A stretch of DNA of 64,000 bases from Lepidodermella squamata (taxonomy: Eukaryota; Animalia; Gastrotricha), in contig JBLDXI010000011.1 in assembly GCA_047495785.1 (NCBI GenBank), forward strand, positions 1,116,001 through 1,180,000, written 5' to 3'. The notes under the pieces were generated by a model. It worked only from the letters and a program-made list of their open reading frames with translations. It ran no database searches and was not told where the DNA came from. Below, piece after piece: positions 34,198 through 45,469 of the stretch (the stretch's first letter is position 1; each line of letters starts with the position of its first letter). Made by a program: the position numbers and the translations under genes.

Positions 34198-37100
34198 CTG
34201 TCCATTCCACGAATACTTGCCTTTTTGCGGTATAGCGGGCCGGATGGTGCTGAATCGATATTTAGTGCTTCAGATGAACATTTGAGGTTTGGAATAGGTT
34301 GCTTACGTTTTTTGATCAGATATCAGCTGCTGCTGCTGCAGGATCAGGACGGTTTGTAAATGCAATATCTTAATAATTGACCAATAAAATGCGAGAAAGC
34401 GAGACGGCTCGCAGCACGACTTGAGTGGCAGCTAATCCATACACTCTGTTGCATAATCACAACCATTTCAAAGCTGCAAAAACAGCTTAATACACTGATG
34501 ATCTTTCAACTCGTTTAAACTAAGCTTTAAATCGCTGATGGCTAATGGTTTCGCTGATCGCAGCTTGCCCGTGAAGATGAACAATTATTTGATTGATGTA
34601 AACTTGAAAACTCTATGAATCACAATATGACAACGTGTCTCGTCTGCTGACTTTCCTGATGAAACAGGGGGATGAGTACCTATAGCAAAAGCAAACGATT
34701 TCAAACCTAGCCTTAGCATTAAGCATTAATGTGCCCGCTGAAAACGTTTAACCCCGACCTCTGAAACGGCTCCAAATGACTCTGGCTCTTGGCACGAAAA
34801 CTAGTGGCTGCACTTTTTTTCTCTTGTAGAGCTTCCAAACCTGGATATCACGCTCTTTAAATAAATAAATAAATAAAGAACTTTCACGCATTTCGGTTTT
34901 TCTTTAGCTATTTTTAGCTCGCCCAGAGTATTATTCCGCGAACGCCCTGTATTATCACACGATCATGTACTGACCAAATCGCATCCCTTGGCAAAATTCC
35001 AAATTCGCACATTGTCAAAATTCGTTTTATTAGCTTCGCAGGTATGCATTTTTGTAAGGAGGAGAATGCCGAAACATAATTCTCGTCCATTTTAGCTACA
35101 TACAGGCTAAGCCGCGATGTATAATTTCATCAGCTTCAAATTATTACATTAACAGACATAATAGGCATCCTTTAGATATTTCTCGTTCTACATGCTGATT
35201 ATAATTATTTGGAAGCTGAAGAAATTAACAGTTGAGTTACAAATTGTAGCGGAATTACGCTGGTGTGGTTGATGAGCACTTTTCGAAGTTGGTGATGCCG
35301 TATGCTGATGCAGTACCCCAAGTATTTACGTTCAGATTTTGTGCGTCCTTTTGACCACCGAATATTCCAGTACAGCAGGCAGCAAAAGTAGAGTAAATGT
35401 ACACACTGGCGCTGTTAGATTGAACAGTGTTCTGGGAAAAATACACTTATTGACAGTTAGCGTGCAATCTTTGGCAAACTCACAATGCCCGTAGTAGCGA
35501 TTCCGTCAGCATTAGCGTTGGCCGTATAAGGAAAGCGGACGCAGTAACCGATTCTTGTACCGCCGTTTGCTACTCTGTACGGAGTAGTATCTACACCGCC
35601 AACACAGACCAGTGTAGGATTGCTGGTGCCCTGTTTCGGAAGGTATTCATATACGATATTTGCCGTTTGGCCGCTCGCAACAGTATTTGTACAGCAAGTG
35701 CCAAAGTCAGTGTAGCTGTTAGGCACACTCGCCGTCGCGGTTGCTTGCTGATTGAGATGCATAAAAAATAGCGAATGGCTAATTCAAAATATGTTCATGT
35801 CTTACAGCGACGCCGCTTGTGAATACCGAAGTACACGTCGCTCCGCTGGCGATACAAAACTTCAAGTTGGCCTGCTGAATAGCCGGGGTTGGCGTTGTAG
35901 CTCCTTGAGTGGTGGCAATATTGCAGAGTTGGTATGTAACCTGAGCGCATCAGAAGCAAAATTTGCAGGTGGCATTTAATGCATCAGATGTTTTACGGTT
36001 GTCTGGCAGCTTTTCGTCGTATCACTGCAAAGGTTGCTCGTTGGAACGCAGCTTTTGCTCGACGTGTCACACTGGTTTGCCGTGGTTGTGCACGCCGATC
36101 CAGAAGCGCATGTGCCAGTAGGACGTTCGTGTTGCGACGTAAGAGACCTCGCTAGGCAGTACTTTCATGCTGTTTGCAATAAAATACTTGGTACTGGTAT
36201 AAGCTACTTTTTATTCGTCGGTAATAGCATCATTATTGCGGCGCATCCGATGCCGAGCGGTTACAACGCCTACCAGAATGCGTACTATGCACAAACGCTT
36301 CAGACAATTTCTCCGTTATCATGGCTAAATAAGGGAATACTCTATGGCTAGCCATGGAGAAATATAATTTCCCCCCGATCTGGAACCCTGAGCTCGTTTG
36401 GCGCGGCCAAACGAATCGAGGGGTTCCAGTGAGGGGGGAAATTGTATTTCTCCATAGGGTAGCCATAGGGTAATCCTATTCCCACATGCCCACAATCCTG
36501 AGCCACTTTTTGATGTTTGAAAGGGTCATACCCCTATGAAATTAGCATGAAAAATAAAAATAAAAAATCCGCCTTAATCGTTTTCCATAGAGAAATATCT
36601 TGCCATAGAGAAACATGTGTTTCTCCATGGCAAAATTTACCTATGGGTATGTGGGAATTCTAAATATCAACCAAGTTTATCCTCTTCTTCCTTATTTCAT
36701 GTTCGTTCCTTCATTCTCAAGTTCATTCTCAAGTGATACTTTTCTGTCTCTCTGTATAGTCTTGTTGAACCATGAGAGCATCACCACTTGTTGAAACATG
36801 ACAGAGTTTGCGTTCGAAAGGGCACACTTTTTTATTGATTTTTCATTATTCCCGGAGCAACGTTTCATGCAACCCATGCAGTAATCATCACGAAAAATGC
36901 ATATCATGGAATTATGACTAGAAGAGCCAATTTTTCTACTATTCAGCATTCAGCCCCTAAATCCTGAAAATGCCACAAGAAAGCACTTATTACGCTATTA
37001 TTTATAATCTATCTTGTGGTTTCCTTCTCCATTATCTCGCAGATATCCTTCGATGTCCTTCTTAAGTTTTATAACACGACAAGCGATCACATATATATTT

Positions 37101-37861
37101 CTCTGTTTCGATCATAGAATCAATCGCCTTCAATGTTTTATCAACTCTTTATGAGCCGTTGCGCTGTTGCACCAAACTGAACTAGAAAGCTCGCGAAATC
37201 GCTTGAAGTAGAAAGTAGATTCGCAGCCACATGAGGTCAATAGTAGAATCGCACAAAATTTACGAAGTTGCTAGCATTCGAGAATTGCTAGGAACGAAAC
37301 TCTTTTTTATTGTCCTTATTCGGCATGTTCAGTTCGTAAATTTAAAATAAAAGCAAGACCAACAGAAAAATGCATGACAGACAAGGCGCCGGAACAACGG
37401 GGACACGCGCTTGTCTTAGACAGTGCACGGTCTTAGATGACTTGCATCCCTGCATCCTAAGAAAGATAGCGGGTGGTCTTGGTATAATGTCATCTGGTTA
37501 GCGATTTAGCGATCGAGTTGATTAGCAATAAACAACGATTCCGCCGTATTCGAGTAATGCTTGACATGCAACTCGATTGGCTTGATTCGTAAAAGACAAA
37601 ACATGACCCACCATTCAAGTTTGGGTTTCACGAGTTTTGCGCGGACTTCTTAATGAAATGCTACGTCAAGAGCAAAATGCCACGGACTAATATTTATCAA
37701 TGAAAACAATCATGCGCAGGAGTATAATTTACAAAGCGCATCCACTCGGTCATTTGACTGGAATCCTATCTATAAATTAGGGCTATCAGGAATTCTTACG
37801 GCACTTCAAACGGATCTATTGGCGAGAATGTGCTGATTGATTGAAAGTCTAATGTGCTCTA

Positions 37862-38452
37862 GGGTAAAGTCGCTCAATGCGGGGACAAGTTAAGGTATAT
37901 TTATATTCGTATCATTTCTGTGAATCGCATTTAGATGAGGATGGTGTCAATAGCGGCAGCATATGGCGGCGCGCTCGCTCCTTCTGTGTGGGCTTCCGGT
38001 TCGACATTTGGGATAGCGTGCAGTTCATGATCACTGTGTCCGTTTTCGATGCAGTTTTTGCAGAAATAAAAAAATTTTCGCTCTATTAATTCATCTTTTT
38101 AACCACGTCAAATTTATGGAGCGCGCGATTGTTTATTGAGGTATTCTGAAAAAGCATATTCGACAGTGTTTTCTGCCAAAATTTCAAATTATTATCGATT
38201 ATAATGAGCAAACCGCAGCTTGTCCCAAATAAGCATCCACAATTACCGCTCTTGTCCGGAATGGCAAACGTGGCACGCATGTGGGACGGGCTGTTTTTAT
38301 TGTTTCGGGCGCGCGCGCAAGGTGTCAAATTATAGCGGACTCATCTGTCTATAATGTCCACAAAAATTGTCTATGCAACGCTCGACTTGGATGATCTGAA
38401 TTAATTTTACGAAAACGCATTGAATTTTGTCCCAAATTGTGCGACTTTACCC
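37862..38452. mobile_element. Nested MITE, TA-flanked
   Basis: TA|GGGTAAAGTCGCTCAAT..GGGACAA ... TTGTCCCAAATTGTGCGACTTTACCC|TA. Confidence 0.7.
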
Positions 38453-38567
38453 TAGATATTCAAATTTAACACTTAATTAGTGTCCAATACATATTGACAT
38501 TCTTTGTTTTGAAATGGAAGAAACAGCTAAACCAAAGCAGGATGAATCGCCATCACTGCTCCGTAGT

Positions 38568-38703
38568 CGTTAGCGTCGTTGAATAACTCGGATTCGGGCT
38601 TGTTCGCGTCAGTTACTGACAGTTGACGGGCGATAACAAGTTTGCTTCCCCTCTTCACTCACATAAAAACTCCCCTTTTGCCTTCTTTTCAACGACGCTA
38701 ACG
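38568..38703. mobile_element. Nested MITE, CGTTAGCGTCGTTGAA family
   Basis: 16-bp perfect TIR; left arm homologous to 11904-11940. Confidence 0.7.
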
Positions 38704-41257
38704 CTCCCATTTCTGTGGCTTGTTATGTTCGTTATCGTTAATTAGTTAGCTATAGATACCCAATGGAGTATCGCCGTCATCTATTCTTGAAAATTGTTAC
38801 TTCATTTCAGTTTCAAGTAATACATTTTCAGAAAACTTAAAATACCGCTTGTTTCCTAATTGCGACACTTTAAAAACTATCCGCTAACTTCCAGAGTTTG
38901 GAGATTCTATAATTTTTCCTAGAACTTTCTATTTAGAACGGGTCTTTTCTAAAATAGTCAGTAATGATTCATTAAATTCTGAATGCGATATCTCTCGAAA
39001 CTATTAAAGTGTAGTAATAGTGCATCCTATTAGCTGCTGTATTAAATTTCAAATTCTGCATTGTTGATAGGATTATTTTACTTCAACATTTACTCGAAGT
39101 CACCTCTTTAGTAATAACTGTTTGGACATCGGATACTGATTGGGAATCGGAAATGTTAAATTGGCGAAATTCCGGCAACAGGTCGCTACTATACTATTTG
39201 CTGAGTGCTGGCTATTTCGATATATTCAACCTGTTATCGCCATTTTTGTTGAAACAAAATGTGATGAATTATTCTCTTGGTTTTACTTCCTTTGTTCATT
39301 TTCGATTATTTCGGTGCGTTGAAAATAAAGATGCACGGCAACGGGTCACGGCAGCTCGTTTTTGCTAACTGTGAAATCTTCAATATATCGAAGAATTACA
39401 CAAAAGCGCGAGAGAACTTATTAAAATTCGCGAGAAAGAATTATAGAAAGGATAGACGAAGAAGCTGAATTCCTCTTTTCTCTTCAAGAGTCCAAGAACG
39501 CAAGATAGCAATTGCAGCTAATGGCAATTTTATAGCCCTTGAACCGAAGATAGTAATTTTGGATGCAACTGCTCCGCAATTGTAAACACCGCAATATAGC
39601 GGTATAATGATATATAGAAATATGCGCTAGCACTGGCGGTCCCTTACGTCGCAACACGAACGATGGCGTGCTCGTAGAATCAGGGCACGCGTCAACTGCA
39701 ACACCAGCGGCGAGAGCGATCACCAAATACAAGTAGCTCATGACTTATTGAAAGAAAAAAATCTGCCTGATATCATTGTTTCTTTTCGAAACGCAATCTT
39801 ATAAAATGATCGAGTCTTGTCTGCTCTTTTACTGCTCAAAATTAGAGTTTCTGACGACGGGAAGATCTTTCTCATGTATTGAATAGCAGATACCACTAAC
39901 GAGGAGCGAACGTGAAAGAAAACGTTCGTCATTAATGACAGACACCGCGCAACATCTTACGGGTTTTTTGTTTTGGGTCTTGTCTGAACTATTATCTGTC
40001 GTTAGCGACGCGTCAAAACAACCACTTGGACGACTCATTCGATCGTACTTTGACGAGCCGAACGTGAAGAATGAGTACGTTCGGCTTTTTCAGCACTGAT
40101 CGTACCCATCGTAATTTGCATTTACGTTCAAGAGCCGAACGTACTTTCCGTAAAAAAGCTACAAATAGTAAAGTGGTTGTTTTGGCGCGTCGCTAACGCT
40201 GTCCATTCCACGAATACTTGCCTTTTTGCGGTATAGCGGGCCGGATGGTGCTGAATCGATATTTAGTGCTTCAGATGAACATTTGAGGTTTGGAATAGGT
40301 TGCTTACGTTTTTTGATCAGATGTCAGCTGCTGCTGCTGCAGGATCAGGACGGTTTGTAAATGCAATATCTTAATAATTGACCAATAAAATGCGAGAAAG
40401 CGAGACGGCTCGCAGCACGACTTGAGTGGCAGCTAATCCATACACTCTGTTGCATAATCACAACCATTTCAAAGCTGCAAAAACAGCTTAATACACTGAT
40501 GATCTTTCAACTCGTTTAAACTAAGCTTTAAATCGCTGATGGCTAATGGTTTCGCTGATCGCAGCTTGCCCGTGAAGATGAACAATTATTTGATTGATGT
40601 AAACTTGAAAACTCTATGAATCACAATATGACAACGTGTCTCGTCTGCTGACTTTCCTGATGAAACAGGGGGATGAGTACCTATATAGCAAAAGCAAACG
40701 ATTTCAAACCTAGCCTTAGCATTAAGCATTAATGTGCCCGCTGAAAACGTTTAACCCCGACCTCTGAAACGGCTCCAAATGACTCTGGCTCTTGGCACGA
40801 AAACTAGTGGCTGCACTTTTTTTCTCTTGTAGAGCTTCCAAACCTGGATATCACGCTCTTTAAATAAATAAATAAATAAAGAACTTTCACGCATTTCGGT
40901 TTTTCTTTAGCTATTTTTAGCTCGCCCAGAGTATTATTCCGCGAACGCCCTGTATTATCACACGATCATGTACTGACCAAATCGCATCCCTTGGCAAAAT
41001 TCCAAATTCGCACATTGTCAAAATTCGTTTTATTAGCTTCGCAGGTATGCATTTTTGTAAGGAGGAGAATGCCGAAACATAATTCTCGTCCATTTTAGCT
41101 ACATACAGGCTAAGCCGCGATGTATAATTTCATCAGCTTCAAATTATTACATTAACAGACATAATAGGCATCCTTTAGATATTTCTCGTTCTACATGCTG
41201 ATTATAATTATTTGGAAGCTGAAGAAATTAACAGTTGAGTTACAAATTGTAGCGGAA

Positions 41258-42206
41258 TTACGCTGGTGTGGTTGATGAGCACTTTTCGAAGTTGGTGATG
41301 CCGTATGCTGATGCAGTACCCCAAGTATTTACGTTCAGATTTTGTGCGTCCTTTTGACCACCGAATATTCCAGTACAGCAGGCAGCAAAAGTAGAGTAAA
41401 TGTACACACTGGCGCTGTTAGATTGAACAGTGTTCTGGGAAAAATACACTTATTGACAGTTAGCGTGCAATCTTTGGCAAACTCACAATGCCCGTAGTAG
41501 CGATTCCGTCAGCATTAGCGTTGGCCGTATAAGGAAAGCGGACGCAGTAACCGATTCTTGTACCGCCGTTTGCTACTCTGTACGGAGTAGTATCTACACC
41601 GCCAACACAGACCAGTGTAGGATTGCTGGTGCCCTGTTTCGGAAGGTATTCATATACGATATTTGCCGTTTGGCCGCTCGCAACAGTATTTGTACAGCAA
41701 GTGCCAAAGTCAGTGTAGCTGTTAGGCACACTCGCCGTCGCGGTTGCTTGCTGATTGAGATGCATAAAAAATAGCGAATGGCTAATTCAAAATATGTTCA
41801 TGTCTTACAGCGACGCCGCTTGTGAATACCGAAGTACACGTCGCTCCGCTGGCGATACAAAACTTCAAGTTGGCCTGCTGAATAGCCGGGGTTGGCGTTG
41901 TAGCTCCTTGAGTGGTGGCAATATTGCAGAGTTGGTATGTAACCTGAGCGCATCAGAAGCAAAATTTGCAGGTGGCATTTAATGCATCAGATGTTTTACG
42001 GTTGTCTGGCAGCTTTTCGTCGTATCACTGCAAAGGTTGCTCGTTGGAACGCAGCTTTTGCTCGACGTGTCACACTGGTTTGCCGTGGTTGTGCACGCCG
42101 ATCCAGAAGCGCATGTGCCAGTAGGACATGGCGTGCTCGTAGAAGCAGGGCACGCGTCAACTGCAACACCAGCGGCGAGAGCGATCACCAAATACAAGTA
42201 GCTCAT
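41258..42206 (-). CDS. Copy C: secreted Cys/Thr-rich protein, 260 aa
   Basis: ORF-track translations identical to copy A; splice sites intact. Confidence 0.88.
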
Positions 42207-43720
42207 GACTTATTGAAAGAAAAAAATCTGCCTGATATCATTGTTTCTTTTCGAAACGCAATCTTATAAAATGATCGAGTCTTGTCTGCTCTTTTACTGC
42301 TCAAAATTAGAGTTTCTGACGACGGGAAGATCTTTCTCATGTATTGAATAGCAGATACCACTAACGAGGAGCGAACGTGAAAGAAAACGTTCGTCATTAA
42401 TGACAGACACCGCGCAACATCTTACGGGTTTTTTGTTTTGGGTCTTGTCTGAACTATTATCTGTCGTTAGCGACGCGTCAAAACAACCACTTGGACGACT
42501 CATTCGATCGTACTTTGACGAGCCGAACGTGAAGAATGAGTACGTTCGGCTTTTTCAGCACTGATCGTACCCATCGTAATTTGCATTTACGTTCAAGAGC
42601 CGAACGTACTTTCCGTAAAAAAGCTACAAATAGTAAAGTGGTTGTTTTGGCGCGTCGCTAACGCTGTCCATTCCACGAATACTTGCCTTTTTGCGGTATA
42701 GCGGGCCGGATGGTGCTGAATCGATATTTAGTGCTTCAGATGAACATTTGAGGTTTGGAATAGGTTGCTTACGTTTTTTGATCAGATATCAGCTGCTGCT
42801 GCTGCAGGATCAGGACGGTTTGTAAATGCAATATCTTAATAATTGACCAATAAAATGCGAGAAAGCGAGACGGCTCGCAGCACGACTTGAGTGGCAGCTA
42901 ATCCATACACTCTGTTGCATAATCACAACCATTTCAAAGCTGCAAAAACAGCTTAATACACTGATGATCTTTCAACTCGTTTAAACTAAGCTTTAAATCG
43001 CTGATGGCTAATGGTTTCGCTGATCGCAGCTTGCCCGTGAAGATGAACAATTATTTGATTGATGTAAACTTGAAAACTCTATGAATCACAATATGACAAC
43101 GTGTCTCGTCTGCTGACTTTCCTGATGAAACAGGGGGATGAGTACCTATAGCAAAAGCAAACGATTTCAAACCTAGCCTTAGCATTAAGCATTAATGTGC
43201 CCGCTGAAAACGTTTAACCCCGACCTCTGAAACGGCTCCAAATGACTCTGGCTCTTGGCACGAAAACTAGTGGCTGCACTTTTTTTCTCTTGTAGAGCTT
43301 CCAATCCTGGATATCACGCTCTTTAAATAAATAAATAAATAAAGAACTTTCACGCATTTCGGTTTTTCTTTAGCTATTTTTAGCTCGCCCAGAGTATTAT
43401 TCCGCGAACGCCCTGTATTATCACACGATCATGTACTGACCAAATCGCATCCCTTGGCAAAATTCCAAATTCGCACATTGTCAAAATTCGTTTTATTAGC
43501 TTCGCAGGTATGCATTTTTGTAAGGAGGAGAATGCCGAAACATAATTCTCGTCCATTTTAGCTACATACAGGCTAAGCCGCGATGTATAATTTCATCAGC
43601 TTCAAATTATTACATTAACAGACATAATAGGCATCCTTTAGATATTTCTCGTTCTACATGCTGATTATAATTATTTGGAAGCTGAAGAAATTAACAGTTG
43701 AGTTACAAATTGTAGCGGAA

Positions 43721-44590
43721 TTACGCTGGTGTGGTTGATGAGCACTTTTCGAAGTTGGTGATGCCGTATGCTGATGCAGTACCCCAAGTATTTACGTTCA
43801 GATTTTGTGCGTCCTTTTGACCACCGAATATTCCAGTACAGCAGGCAGCAAAAGTAGAGTAAATGTACACACTGGCGCTGTTAGATTGAACAGTGTTCTG
43901 GGAAAAATACACTTATTGACAGTTAGCGTGCAATCTTTGGCAAACTCACAATGCCCGTAGTAGCGATTCCGTCAGCATTAGCGTTGGCCGTATAAGGAAA
44001 GCGGACGCAGTAACCGATTCTTGTACCGCCGTTTGCTACTCTGTACGGAGTAGTATCTACACCGCCAACACAGACCAGTGTAGGATTGCTGGTGCCCTGT
44101 TTCGGAAGGTATTCATATACGATATTTGCCGTTTGGCCGCTCGCAACAGTATTTGTACAGCAAGTGCCAAAGTCAGTGTAGCTGTTAGGCACACTCGCCG
44201 TCGCGGTTGCTTGCTGATTGAGATGCATAAAAAATAGCGAATGGCTAATTCAAAATATGTTCATGTCTTACAGCGACGCCGCTTGTGAATACCGAAGTAC
44301 ACGTCGCTCCGCTGGCGATACAAAACTTCAAGTTGGCCTGCTGAATAGCCGGGGTTGGCGTTGTAGCTCCTTGAGTGGTGGCAATATTGCAGAGTTGGTA
44401 TGTAACCTGAGCGCATCAGAAGCAAAATTTGCAGGTGGCATTTAATGCATCAGATGTTTTACGGTTGTCTGGCAGCTTTTCGTCGTATCACTGCAAAGGT
44501 TGCTCGTTGGAACGCAGCTTTTGCTCGACGTGTCACACTGGTTTGCCGTGGTTGTGCACGCCGATCCAGAAGCGCATGTGCCAGTAGGAC
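43721..44590 (-). pseudogene. Copy D, 5'-deleted (no start codon, signal peptide or promoter)
   Basis: Same insertion point as copy B. Only 44590-44777 of the element remains, fused through TC microhomology to upstream sequence GTAATTTGCATTTACG. Confidence 0.9.
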
Positions 44591-45058
44591 GTTCGTGTTG
44601 CGACGTAAGAGACCTCGCTAGGCAGTACTTTCATGCTGTTTGCAATAAAATACTTGGTACTGGTATAAGCTACTTTTTATTCGTCGGTAATAGCATCATT
44701 ATTGCGGCGCATCCGATGCCGAGCGGTTACAACGCCTACCAGAATGCGTACTATGCACAAACGCTTCAGACAATTTCGTAATTTGCATTTACGTTCAAGA
44801 GCCGAACGTACTTTCCGTAAAAAAGCTACAAATAGTAAAGTGGTTGTTTTGGCGCGTCGCTAACGCTGTCCATTCCACGAATACTTGCCTTTTTGCGGTA
44901 TAGCGGGCCGGATGGTGCTGAATCGATATTTAGTGCTTCAGATGAACATTTGAGGTTTGGAATAGGTTGCTTACGTTTTTTGATCAGATATCAGCTGCTG
45001 CTGCTGCAGGATCAGGACGGTTTGTAAATGCAATATCTTAATAATTGACCAATAAAAT

Positions 45059-45348
45059 GCGAGAAAGCGAGACGGCTCGCAGCACGACTTGAGTGGCAGC
45101 TAATCCATACACTCTGTTGCATAATCACAACCATTTCAAAGCTGCAAAAACAGCTTAATACACTGATGATCTTTCAACTCGTTTAAACTAAGCTTTAAAT
45201 AACTGGATCTCTCAAAATCGCGACAACGCGCCGCTAGGTTTCTAGGAACGCTTTATTATTTTAATTTTTAACGCTTAATTTTCTAAATCTATCAAATAAT
45301 TATTTTTTGTTTAATTAAAAATTTACAAATAATTTATTGAGCAGGGTC
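45059..45348 (-). repeat. ~290-bp inverted copy of an internal part (46346-46633) of the pogo-like element; its first ~140 bp end each tandem unit
   Basis: Reverse-complement match with about three substitutions. Confidence 0.85.
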
Positions 45349-45469
45349 AATAAATAATGTATTGAACAATATATTCACACAATGCCTAAAAGTCATGCAT
45401 CGACGTAATATGGCCCCATAAATCACGAAGGATTGCGGCTACAACGCGTTGAAACGTCCTCTAACAAGG

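Larger units (their letters stand above)
36124..39662. mobile_element. 3539-bp non-autonomous TIR element without target-site duplication
   Basis: TIR CGTTCGTGTTGCGACGTAAG / CTTACGTCGCAACACGAACG; the empty site GTAGGACATGGCG is present in the intact copies. Confidence 0.9.
35255..39741 (-). pseudogene. Copy B, exon 1 disrupted by a 3.5-kb TIR element
   Basis: Exon 1 is split at codon ~27 (36123 / 39663) and carries an extra A->D substitution (ACPDSTSTP). Confidence 0.9.
32069..45200. repeat. Tandem array of a 2463-bp gene-containing unit (4 copies; 8466-bp higher-order dimer)
   Basis: Stop codons at 32792, 35255, 41258 and 43721 (spacings 2463, 6003, 2463). Same junction CTTTAA[AT]CGCTG at ~34531, ~40532 and ~42997. 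Copies differ by only scattered SNPs/indels. Confidence 0.95.
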
